In this document: positions 20,409 through 29,142 of the stretch, piece after piece | Layout: every line of letters begins with the position of its first letter | How positions within the stretch are numbered: the stretch's first letter is position 1 | NCBI GenBank assembly: GCA_030633305.1 | Contig: DAOVTB010000003.1 | Span: 1 to 63,635 of the forward strand | Reading direction: 5' to 3' | DNA length: 63,635 nucleotides | Source of the DNA: Candidatus Muiribacteriota bacterium | GTDB lineage: Bacteria; Muiribacteriota; DAOVTB01 | Notes under the pieces: generated by a model | What the model was told of the DNA's origin: nothing | Seen by the model: only the letters and a program-made list of their open reading frames with translations | The model's database searches: none | Translations under genes and position numbers: made by a program

Positions 20409-20733
20409 ACGAGGTGATGTTGTACTGTTAAATGTAGTATTCAGCGAAGGAAAAGGGTCGAAGAAAAGACCAGCATTGATCATCAGCGGAAATGAATATA
20501 ACACAGTACGACAGGAAGTTATAATTGCAGCAATTACCAGCAATGTAAAAAGAACACTTCCAGGAGATACAGGAATAAAAAAATGGAAAGAAGCAGGATT
20601 ACATTTTCCTTCGCAGGTAATGGCAGTAATACAAACATTTAAATCCAATCTGGTTTACAAAAAATTAGGGAAAATGAAAACAGAAGACTTAAAACAGGTG
20701 AAAATCAACTTAAAGAAAGCAATGGAATTTTGA
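20395..20733 (+). CDS. MazF/PemK family endoribonuclease toxin
   Basis: YKRGDVVLLNVVFSEGKGSKKRPALIIS...IIAAITSN is the classic PemK/MazF N-terminal pattern. Confidence 0.8.
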   Translation: MTNYKRGDVVLLNVVFSEGKGSKKRPALIISGNEYNTVRQEVIIAAITSNVKRTLPGDTGIKKWKEAGLHFPSQVMAVIQTFKSNLVYKKLGKMKTEDLKQVKINLKKAMEF

Positions 20734-20800
20734 AAATAACCTTGAGAATCCTTTTCATGATTTTGAACTGGCTCTAAAAAATTATATAGAAGCATCTTGA

Positions 20801-22603
20801 CTATTCCAGGATATATCCAACTGCAATTGCACCGATTCCAGCATTTAAACCTACTACGGGTGAAATTTCAATGATGTATTCAGGTGGAATTCCAATTACA
20901 GCTTCAATCAAATCAGAATACCATTTTGCTTTTTTATGATCATGAGCATGAAAGATGACGTATTTTGAAATGTGATTGTATTTAAGATCAAATTTAATTT
21001 TTTTGATGACCTTGTTTACACTTGATTTAATTGAAAAAGCATAGTCTGTGACCACAAGTTTTCCAGAATTATCAATTTCTATGACTGGTTTTAATTTGAC
21101 CATCTTTCCAATCATTCCTTTTAAAGGACTTATTCTTCCGCCTCTTACAAGATATTCAATGGTACTGACATTTATGTATATTCTACTACGATCTATGATG
21201 TGCATAATAGAATCAACTACTTCGTCATGGTTGAGTCCTTGAATCACCTTTTCTGCCGCATGCAGGACAATTAGACCAAGAGTTCCAGCAACATTTTTGG
21301 AATTGATAACAGTGATTTTTTTGCCCATCTCGGCACTGATAACATCTGCTGCTTTTTTACTTCTGTAATAAGTTCCACTGAGTGGTTCTGAAAGATGTAT
21401 GGCTATCACGCTGTCATAATGTGTTGCCAGATAGGAATAATTGTTCAGAAATAATTTCATATTGGGTTGAGATGAACTCATTTTTTCTTTTGTTTTAGTC
21501 ATTTTTGTATAAAATTCATCTGGGGTGATGGTCATTTTATCTATGTAATGATTATCTCCAAAGTAAACATCAATTGGGATCATGTGGATCTGGTATTTGT
21601 CAAAAAGGTCATCAGGAATATCACATGTAGAATCTGTTACAATGGCAATTTTCCACTTCCTGTTGTGAGCGATCTCAATCTGTTTTTGAATGTCATCAAC
21701 TTTCTGGTAGACAAGAGTACCGAATTTCTCTAGTTTTGCAAATAATTTTGCCGGTGTATCTGTATGTATATGTATTCGTATTTTGTGCTTAGCGCCTATT
21801 ATGACGACAGAATCTCCCATCCCTCTCAAGGTTCTTTTGATGAGGTCACGGTCAAGATTTTCCCCTTGGATCAATGCTTCACTACAATACCTGAATTTAC
21901 AGTCATTATGAGAAAATTCATCTATTTCATCTGGAACATAAACTTTGCTTTTTCGAACGACTAGTTTTTTAAGATCGCTATTTTCCATAAACTCGATGAT
22001 GCCCTCTAAAAACAACACAAATGCTTTACCACCTGCGTCAATAACTTCTGTTCCAACCAATTCTTTCATCCGAGGAGCAGTAGCTTCGAGGGAGATTTGA
22101 GCATCCATACATGCTTTTCTGAAAAGCTCTTCTTCATCACTTATAATCTTGGAATTTTTTAAGTAAGAAAACGCCCATTCACGGATAACGGTGAGTATTG
22201 TTCCTTCTACAGGATTTGAAATGGCGTCGTAGACATAGGAGACAGAACTTTGAAATAGATTTGCCAGTTGTGGGATTGTTATCATCTCTTCATTTGTTGC
22301 TTCTGCGCTGATTCCATAAAGAAACTGAGTAAATATTGCACCGGAATTTCCGCGTGAACCATCAAGTGCAGCTTCAGCAATCCTGGTCGCTGTGATCTTA
22401 AAAGATTCATGGGGTTTAACACTGTCAATAATGTATCGCATTGTAGAGGCGATATTTGTGCCTGTATCAGCATCTGGAACTGGGAAAACATTTATTTTGT
22501 TAAGTTCCTGTTGATGTTCAATTACTTTTTTTGCTCCCGCTAAGAAAAGACAATAATATCTTTTTCCGCCCAACTTATTTTGCTGCTGTATACTTGTTTC
22601 CAT
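20801..22603 (-). CDS. Dak2 (FakA-like) domain fused to DegV (FakB-like) fatty-acid-binding domain
   Basis: N-terminal half NVFPVPDADTGTN..GSRGNSGAIF (Dak2/YloV-like); C-terminal half IAIVTDSTCDIP..SSSQPN..LSGTYYRS..YLVRGGRIS (DegV); start set at METSIQ (22603) by alignment to YloV N-termini. Confidence 0.8.
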   Translation of the reverse strand: METSIQQQNKLGGKRYYCLFLAGAKKVIEHQQELNKINVFPVPDADTGTNIASTMRYIIDSVKPHESFKITATRIAEAALDGSRGNSGAIFTQFLYGISAEATNEEMITIPQLANLFQSSVSYVYDAISNPVEGTILTVIREWAFSYLKNSKIISDEEELFRKACMDAQISLEATAPRMKELVGTEVIDAGGKAFVLFLEGIIEFMENSDLKKLVVRKSKVYVPDEIDEFSHNDCKFRYCSEALIQGENLDRDLIKRTLRGMGDSVVIIGAKHKIRIHIHTDTPAKLFAKLEKFGTLVYQKVDDIQKQIEIAHNRKWKIAIVTDSTCDIPDDLFDKYQIHMIPIDVYFGDNHYIDKMTITPDEFYTKMTKTKEKMSSSQPNMKLFLNNYSYLATHYDSVIAIHLSEPLSGTYYRSKKAADVISAEMGKKITVINSKNVAGTLGLIVLHAAEKVIQGLNHDEVVDSIMHIIDRSRIYINVSTIEYLVRGGRISPLKGMIGKMVKLKPVIEIDNSGKLVVTDYAFSIKSSVNKVIKKIKFDLKYNHISKYVIFHAHDHKKAKWYSDLIEAVIGIPPEYIIEISPVVGLNAGIGAIAVGYILE

Positions 22604-22827
22604 ATCTAATTCCGAATATTCATCATTATTTGTCAAAATGATAACATTCGTTTTGCAATCGAGTAAAGATAAAAATTTAATCCGCATATTGCATGAACGA
22701 ATCTTGAAATTTTCTGCAACATGTGGATTTGGAAGTAAAAAAAAGAAAACAATCAAATGGACAAATTGTTACCTTTAAATTCAGAAACAATTTTATTTGA
22801 AAAAAATGATGTAGTTGATATAATTCT

Positions 22828-23322
22828 ATGTGTATGCAAATTAACATTACAAAGACTTACATTAATGGTCAGGAAACAGATTCAAAAGATTTGATTGAAA
22901 TCTTTTCAGCTTTTTCCAATGCGAATATATTGATTGAAAAAGGCGGTTTTCTATTCCGTTCCTTATTTATTGATGGGGAGCTGCATATTGGATTTCTTCC
23001 TTGTTTTATCAATGGAAGAAAAACCTTTCATTATGAGGCTAAAATGAATATGGAAAGTGAATTCACACTTATTGGATGGATATCGTCATCTGGAGAGTTC
23101 GGTATTCTTTTTAGACCAGTTCAAAAAGATATGACTCCAGAGATTAAAGAACAATATCTTATAAACTACATTGCTTTTGCAGATTGTTTGATAGATAATG
23201 GGTTTAAAGGCCCTGGTAAATTTGAATTTATTACAAGTCAGGCTCTAAAAGGACTTGGAATCGATGGCGAATTACCAAAGACACTAATGGAACTTACGCA
23301 GCTGTCTAAAGTAAATCTTTAA
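22828..23322 (+). CDS. hypothetical protein
   Basis: 164-aa ORF with no recognised motifs; 47 nt upstream of the TPR gene on the same strand. Confidence 0.45.
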   Translation: MCMQINITKTYINGQETDSKDLIEIFSAFSNANILIEKGGFLFRSLFIDGELHIGFLPCFINGRKTFHYEAKMNMESEFTLIGWISSSGEFGILFRPVQKDMTPEIKEQYLINYIAFADCLIDNGFKGPGKFEFITSQALKGLGIDGELPKTLMELTQLSKVNL

Positions 23323-23369
23323 AATAATGTATTGTTCATAATGTATAATAGCTCAAAAATTATGATATA

Positions 23370-25094
23370 ATGGATATTATGAGTGCTGATATAATAAGTT
23401 TTCCTGGTAAAACAAGTCATGTGAAAAAGGATCATGAATTAATGATAAGTTCACATCCATCTGAAACTACTGTTCCCAAAAGAGAAGGATATGATCTTGG
23501 AAGTATACAGGTCATTCTTCATTTAGAAGATGGAAGCAGTAAACTTTTACCTTTGGAAGATATTGAACTCAGCTTTGAAGGACAGGATGTAGAAACTGGA
23601 ATTTTTTATCCACCATGGCGTGATTGTAAAATCAGGATAGTTTACAGGAAACTTATGACACTGCTTGAATGTAGTCTTTTCATTAAACTTGAACGTGGTG
23701 ATCCTGGAAAGATAAATCCACTTTTGAATTCATCTGAAAATGTGATATTTGATATCAGAAAAAAATTAGGGCGACCTTTGGATGAAGAATATGAAAAAGG
23801 TTATATACACGCTTTACGCGGCGAAAGCGATGAAGCATTGAAATGCTATGAAAGTTCTATTGGTTCAAATCCTGCTGATATAGCATTATGGATTTCAAAA
23901 GCAGAATCATTTTATCGATTGAAAGAATATTCAAAAGCCAGGGATTGTTATAAAATGATTCTGGATATAGAACCAGATAATGTCCCTGCATTGCTGGGAT
24001 TTGGAAAAACAAGTAAACTACTTGGATTTCTTGAGGATTCGCTTGAGTGTTATGAACGAATATTGGAATTAGATTCTGAATTTGGAGAAGTTTTACTTAG
24101 AAAAGCAGAAATATTACTTCTTCTAGCGCGAGATAATGAAGCAATAATAGCATATGATGATGCTATTCAGATAGATCCAGAAAATATGATTGCGCATAAT
24201 AATAAAGGTTTAGCGTTAAACGAGATGAAAAGATTTGCAGAAGCTGTAGATTGTTTCAATTTTGTTCTGATGAAGGAACCTGAAAAGATCAATGCCCTTT
24301 TGAATCTTGGAATAGCGTTTTTTGGATTGAATGAAACAGAAAAAGCCCATAATATCTATATTAAGATTACAACTAATCATCCTGATGAATCATATGCATG
24401 GCATGTCCGTGGAAAACTTTATCTAAAAGAGAATAATCTTCAGGCTGCAATTCAATTTTTTTCAAAGGCCATTGACATTTCTCCAGAGGATTCTGATTCC
24501 TATAGGGAGATGGGGGTCGCACTTTATAGGTTGAATAAGTTTGATGAAGCTCTGGAAAGTATCGATTCAGCCATTAGAATAAATCCTGGAGATCAAACTA
24601 CATGGTTTAACAGAGGCCTTATTCTTATTGAATTAGGAAGTTACACTGATGCTGAAAATGCCTTTTTTAAAGTAGGAAGAAGAAATAAAAATTACAAAAT
24701 GATCAAATTCTGGGAAGGTGTGATCAAGCTTAAGGAAGGAAATCTTGTTGAAGCAGAACAATTGATTAATGAAGTAGTTGAATTATATCCAGATTCGGCT
24801 TATGTTTTGATTGAAGCTGGAAAAGTCTTTTCAAATGTTAAGGACTATAAGAAAAGTATTTCATATTTCGAAAAAGCTCTTTTAATCGATAGTGATGATA
24901 ATCAATTAATATACGAAATTGGAATTGCTTTTTTTAAGATGAAAAAATTTGATCAAGCGATAGAATCTCTTAAAAAGTGTCTTTTGTTGAATAAATCAAA
25001 CAGGGATGCTATGTATATGCTTGGGCTTTGTTATGATAAGGTGGGAAAGTATAATGAAGCAATGGAATGCCACAATCTCCTGCGTCCTGAATGA
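23370..25094 (+). CDS. TPR repeat protein with ~150-aa non-TPR N-terminal region
   Basis: About 11 consecutive 34-aa TPR-like units (A..Y..AI..DP....A....G); the last five codons and the stop lie inside repeat 25079-25201. Confidence 0.8.
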   Translation: MDIMSADIISFPGKTSHVKKDHELMISSHPSETTVPKREGYDLGSIQVILHLEDGSSKLLPLEDIELSFEGQDVETGIFYPPWRDCKIRIVYRKLMTLLECSLFIKLERGDPGKINPLLNSSENVIFDIRKKLGRPLDEEYEKGYIHALRGESDEALKCYESSIGSNPADIALWISKAESFYRLKEYSKARDCYKMILDIEPDNVPALLGFGKTSKLLGFLEDSLECYERILELDSEFGEVLLRKAEILLLLARDNEAIIAYDDAIQIDPENMIAHNNKGLALNEMKRFAEAVDCFNFVLMKEPEKINALLNLGIAFFGLNETEKAHNIYIKITTNHPDESYAWHVRGKLYLKENNLQAAIQFFSKAIDISPEDSDSYREMGVALYRLNKFDEALESIDSAIRINPGDQTTWFNRGLILIELGSYTDAENAFFKVGRRNKNYKMIKFWEGVIKLKEGNLVEAEQLINEVVELYPDSAYVLIEAGKVFSNVKDYKKSISYFEKALLIDSDDNQLIYEIGIAFFKMKKFDQAIESLKKCLLLNKSNRDAMYMLGLCYDKVGKYNEAMECHNLLRPE

Positions 25095-25201
25095 GCGAAG
25101 GTTGAATTTTTCTGCGACAATTTATGCTTGCGGAGTAGGATACTACACCTCAGCATAAATTGCCTTGAAAAATCCAACCTTCATCTCATTCAGAACGCAG
25201 G
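25079..25201 (+). repeat. family C long palindromic (REPIN/MITE-like) element, copy 1
   Basis: ~34-nt arms CCTGCGTCCTGAATGAGCGAAGGTTGAATTTTTC / GAAAAATCCAACCTTCATCTCATTCAGAACGCAGG flank an internal hairpin (CAATTTATGCT..AGCATAAATTG). Confidence 0.85.
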
Positions 25202-25333
25202 ATAGATGAATATAAATAAAAATAAAAAAGATAAAATAAAAGAAGAGAGTATTTGATAAAATTCAATCATTATCTCGTTTGTAGTGCTGAACCAGTATTG
25301 TAAAATCAAATAGGGTTAAAGAAAGAGATAAAA

Positions 25334-26869
25334 TTATTTGATCTGGGATTTGGAAGCTTCGTATTTGATTTTTGCTTCCTGAAATTCTTTTAAAGCAACG
25401 TTGTATTCATCTGTACCTGTTTTTCCAGAATCAATAAGAGTATTCAATTTTTTAGAAGCAGCAATAAATTTTAAATAGGTATTTTCAGACGAAAATACAC
25501 CTTCTTTGCTGGTTACTTTTGTAACTGAAGCAAGTCCATTTTTGGCATTTTCCAAGTCTTTTATAGCCTGATTGTAATTTTCCTGAGCTTTTGATCCCCA
25601 GGTCCAGAATTTCCACCAGCGTTTATTATTGAGTTTGTCCTTGGCCTGCTTTAACTTTAACTCTGCAATTTTGACTCTCAACTGTGCATCATATAATCTT
25701 GCATCATATGAATCAGTTTTCACATTTTCCTGGGATGTTAATAGGAGTTCATCCAGTGTGATATTGTTATGGCCTGCCATTGTAAGAAAAAATTTAGTAA
25801 TTGGATTATTTGGATCTTTTGGTATTCCAATTGCATGTTTTGCCATCTGAACTTCCATAAATTTTCTTAGTGCATCATTATTTTCAGCAATTTTTCCATA
25901 GCCTTTGACTCCGAGCGGTACAGTAGCATCAGAAATTTTACGTGGAACAGAGTGAAAAAGAAAATAACCTGTACTTTTCACTGCGCCGGTCAAAGCATTT
26001 TTTACAGTATCCGCTAAACTAAGTTTTTTTTCAGGAGGCAAAGTAAAATCAGAAGTGGTCAATCCTGTTTCAAGTGCAATGTCTTTAATGGATGCGACTG
26101 CAGTTTTAGCACAGTCATTCATCCCACCGCCTTTTCCATCAATTCCGGCGTATCTATCAGAAAGATGAGCATCTATTTCTTTCATAAGGTCTTTTTTTCC
26201 CTTGTGAAGTCCAATGGATAATCGTTTAGTAGCTGTTATTATTTTACCAAGTTTTGAAGATGCAGCCTTAATTTCTTCAAGAGAAGGTATTTTTTCTATT
26301 CTTTCAGTTGGTTTACCAGTCTCTAATTTTATTTTATTATACTCATGCATTACTGTGTGCAGTAATTCAGGATCAACAGAATTGGATTTAAGAGCATCAA
26401 GTTCTTTTTTATGTTTTGGAAATTCCACAAGATCGGGCACGAGGTCAATAAAAGAATTGTTAATACCACCTTTTGGATATTTATAAAAGGTTATTTTACT
26501 GGAATGGTATCCACCGTTATCAGTTGTCCGATCTTCCATAATATGTGCATAGTTCCCAAAAGCCCGGGCAAGTATTTCAAGTCTTTTTTCCTTTGATGTT
26601 TGTTTGTTGGCAATCCTAATATATGCTCGAACCATATCGATGTCGTGGAGATGTTTGTGAATTTTAGGGTCTGATTTTACGAATGCATCTGGTTCAGAAG
26701 AAGCAGCAACAAAGATTTTTCGATACCGCTCATCTTTTAAAAAAGGCATGTCTTTTTCAAGTTGCTCAGCAGCTGAAAGAGTCATGGAACGATGAGATAA
26801 TGATCCCCAACTGAAACCAACACTTGAAAACGTACTTAATAATAAAATTACAACTAAAAAATATTTCAT
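25334..26869 (-). CDS. secreted zinc-dependent phospholipase C / S1-P1 nuclease superfamily-like protein with long C-terminal extension
   Basis: Signal peptide, then WGSLSHRS.. (mature-N-terminal Trp plus His as in P1 nuclease/PLC), SEPD, HLHDID, YAHIMED; the C-terminal ~250 aa are coiled-coil-like. Confidence 0.4.
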   Translation of the reverse strand: MKYFLVVILLLSTFSSVGFSWGSLSHRSMTLSAAEQLEKDMPFLKDERYRKIFVAASSEPDAFVKSDPKIHKHLHDIDMVRAYIRIANKQTSKEKRLEILARAFGNYAHIMEDRTTDNGGYHSSKITFYKYPKGGINNSFIDLVPDLVEFPKHKKELDALKSNSVDPELLHTVMHEYNKIKLETGKPTERIEKIPSLEEIKAASSKLGKIITATKRLSIGLHKGKKDLMKEIDAHLSDRYAGIDGKGGGMNDCAKTAVASIKDIALETGLTTSDFTLPPEKKLSLADTVKNALTGAVKSTGYFLFHSVPRKISDATVPLGVKGYGKIAENNDALRKFMEVQMAKHAIGIPKDPNNPITKFFLTMAGHNNITLDELLLTSQENVKTDSYDARLYDAQLRVKIAELKLKQAKDKLNNKRWWKFWTWGSKAQENYNQAIKDLENAKNGLASVTKVTSKEGVFSSENTYLKFIAASKKLNTLIDSGKTGTDEYNVALKEFQEAKIKYEASKSQIK

Positions 26870-26961
26870 AAGTTTCTACCTTATCTAATTATAACTATTA
26901 ATTACAAAATGACAAATGAAAATTGAGAATGGCATGGTATGTCCAATCAAGATATGCGTTG

Positions 26962-27012
26962 CGGTGTCCAGGTCTCGCATTAGAGACGAGTCCAACGAGA
27001 GACCTGACACCG
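26962..27012. other. isolated GC-rich hairpin
   Basis: CGGTGTC(C)AGGTCTC ... GAGAGACCTGACACCG, 14 bp with one bulge; no adjoining T-run on either strand. Confidence 0.6.
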
Positions 27013-27061
27013 TACAGTACATATGCGAATTTTATATAGATTTTTTATATGTTAAGGTCAA

Positions 27062-27095
27062 TTTTTATCTGTTTTTATCAGTGTTAATCTGTGGC
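27062..27095 (-). repeat. CAC-word tract
   Basis: Minus strand GCCACAGATTAACACTGATAAAAACAGATAAAAA; close to the minus-strand copy at 41868-41898. Confidence 0.6.
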
Positions 27096-27212
27096 TAGAT
27101 TTTTTATTGTGTTCTATATTTTGTCTTGTGCCGATATAAAAAACGAATAATAATTTAGTCGGACTTTTAAGATTAGATTGCCGACAAATATAAATTTTAG
27201 GAGAATTTAGTT

Positions 27213-27320
27213 ATGTTAGTTGCTGGTGTTTTTTTGTCATTACTATGTGTTTTTATGGGACTTATTGCATTTGGATTAATAAATAACAGTGAATATTGTA
27301 TGGCAGAATCTGCGTCATAA
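27213..27320 (+). CDS. possible 35-aa hydrophobic peptide
   Basis: AGGAG 9 nt upstream of the ATG; MLVAGVFLSLLCVFMGLIAFGLINNSEYCMAESAS; not in the ORF track (too short); 50 nt upstream of the next gene. Confidence 0.3.
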   Translation: MLVAGVFLSLLCVFMGLIAFGLINNSEYCMAESAS

Positions 27321-27370
27321 ATGAGAGAAATTTGAAATTCAGATGTTTAACTCACTTCTAAAAGAAAAAA

Positions 27371-28129
27371 ATGCAAAACGGATTTTTATTTAATTTTCTT
27401 TTTTCTGCATTTACAGTATTGGCCTCGAGTGTGATTTCAATTTATTCCAGTCGAAATTTGAATCGTGGGATCAAATTTTTTACCGGTTTGAATTTTTTTA
27501 TTTCTAGTTCAATGCTTCTTTTGATTTTTTCTATTTATGGACCCCCCATTGATGGAAAGAGTTCATATTTTTTTGGTCTTATTTCAGGACTTATTGTTTC
27601 AGTTCTGGCGATAAGTATTTTTCTATTAAAAAATCAAAGAGATCTTAATTCGAAAATCCGACTTCCATTTGATAAAAATTCTAAAAAAGTTAAACTAAGG
27701 GATCTTCTACATATAGCAGTTAAAATTGAAGAAACTGGAATGCTTTTTTACAGGGCTTTAAAAAATAAAGTAACAGATCAGAAGTTGATCAATCTTTTTG
27801 ATATTCTTTCACAGGATGAAAAAAAACATAGCATAAAACTACAAAAACAGCTTCGTAAATGGATGCCATATCCAATTGGTGAAAAAGAAATGGAGAAATT
27901 GAATATGCTGTTAGATGAAGTATCCATTTTTAATGATATGTTACCGGAGAATATTGATCAGATAGCAATCTTAAAATATGCTCATGCACAAGAAATACGT
28001 ATGGCAGAATTTTATCTTCAGTTTGGAAATTCATACAAAGAACAATGGAAAAATAGTAAAATTCTTGAAATTCATGCAGATGAGATAGTGCATGCGAAAA
28101 AGATAGAAGCTATGATGAAAGCCCTTTAA
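27371..28129 (+). CDS. membrane protein with C-terminal ferritin-like/rubrerythrin-type domain
   Basis: Three N-terminal TM helices, then AVKIEETGMLFYRAL...LSQDEKKHSIKL...AQEIRMAEFY...HADEIVHAKK (paired ExxH-type diiron helices). Confidence 0.55.
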   Translation: MQNGFLFNFLFSAFTVLASSVISIYSSRNLNRGIKFFTGLNFFISSSMLLLIFSIYGPPIDGKSSYFFGLISGLIVSVLAISIFLLKNQRDLNSKIRLPFDKNSKKVKLRDLLHIAVKIEETGMLFYRALKNKVTDQKLINLFDILSQDEKKHSIKLQKQLRKWMPYPIGEKEMEKLNMLLDEVSIFNDMLPENIDQIAILKYAHAQEIRMAEFYLQFGNSYKEQWKNSKILEIHADEIVHAKKIEAMMKAL

Positions 28130-28153
28130 CCATATTTTTATCGAATGTTGAAA

Positions 28154-28858
28154 CTAATATAATTTTAAAAATGACTTAAATCTCGCTAGTGGTGACGATA
28201 TATCCATCCCCTTAGCCAAAAGATGCTTTACAACTTCATCCTTATCAGTTCTGAGATAAGTATTGATTTTTTTCTCGGTTCCTATTGAGCTGACAATCTT
28301 ACTTCTGGAATAAGATTTCTGAAATTCTAAAATATCCATATTCGAAGGCTCAATTACCATAGCCCTTTTCAATGAACGTTCAGTATAATCATGCCCTGGA
28401 TAGATTTCAACATTATCTGGAAGAGACTGTATTTTATTTAGACCATCTAGGAAAATTTCAGCATCTTTATCAGGGCAATTCCCTACATTTGCGATGAACA
28501 AAGTATCACCGGTAATGATAAACTTATCTTTGTAATAAAAACAGATTGAATCTTTTGTATGACCGGGCGTATGTATTATTGAAAGAAAATCATCGCCGAT
28601 TTCAATCCTGTCATTTGTCGGAAGTTCATTATTTTTTACTGAAGTCATTCCGGATAATTCTTCAAGCTTTTCATTTCCCATAAGATGATCGAAATGATTA
28701 TGAGTATTATAAATCTTTTTTAAAAAAAGGTTTTCGTCTTTTATAAATTCAAAAATAATTTCCGGAGCACCTGGATCAATTGCGATAGCTTCAACTAAAC
28801 CATAAACAAGATAACCAAGATTATCACTGTGGTAACGAAACTGTTTTACCTTCAACAT
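28154..28858 (-). CDS. MBL-fold metallo-hydrolase (glyoxalase II-like)
   Basis: THNHFDH (HxHxDH), TPGHT, TGDTLF, GHDY motifs. Confidence 0.8.
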   Translation of the reverse strand: MLKVKQFRYHSDNLGYLVYGLVEAIAIDPGAPEIIFEFIKDENLFLKKIYNTHNHFDHLMGNEKLEELSGMTSVKNNELPTNDRIEIGDDFLSIIHTPGHTKDSICFYYKDKFIITGDTLFIANVGNCPDKDAEIFLDGLNKIQSLPDNVEIYPGHDYTERSLKRAMVIEPSNMDILEFQKSYSRSKIVSSIGTEKKINTYLRTDKDEVVKHLLAKGMDISSPLARFKSFLKLY

Positions 28859-28949
28859 AAAAAAATCCTACAAATAAAATTGATTATTAACATATATCAA
28901 AAAAACTAAATATGCAATATTTATTTTTTCTTTATTTTTTAACCTTCTC

Positions 28950-29073
28950 AACCCGCCGTGCATGAGATGAAGGTTGGATTTTTTCAGTCAAGGCAAGCTG
29001 AGGCGTATTGTTTATACGCCGCAAGCTTGAACTGATGCAGAAAAATTCAAGATTCGCTCATGCACGGCGGGTT
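28950..29073 (-). repeat. family C element, copy 2 (inverted, variant termini)
   Basis: AACCCGCCGTGCATGAGATGAAGGTTGGATTTTTTC ... GAAAAATTCAAGATTCGCTCATGCACGGCGGGTT with its own internal hairpin (GGCGTAT..ATACGCC). Confidence 0.8.
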
Positions 29074-29142
29074 AGTATAAACCAGTGAAGGGTTTAATTT
29101 ATGTTATAATAATATCAACTATTGAATAGAGGAGTTTGAAAT

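Noticed and set aside
22604-22756. N-terminal extensions suggested by the longest ORFs (Dak2-DegV gene; also 59241-59369 for the Memo-AMMECR1 gene, 58212-58277 for hicA, 10288-10338, 4419-4448)
   Set aside because: The extended starts lack an RBS or use TTG/GTG. Internal ATGs sit at proper distance from AGGAG-like sites, and they give N-termini that align with family members.
25079-25201. Family C palindromic elements (also 28950-29073 and 56743-56863) as integron attC sites
   Set aside because: They follow gene ends and have imperfect inverted arms with variable centres, like attC. However, copies 1 and 3 lack the RYYYAAC / GTTRRRY core sites, and copy 2 only approximates them (TCTCAAC / GTTAGTA). 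There is no intI or attI in the window, and the flanking genes are housekeeping-sized operon members rather than promoterless cassettes.
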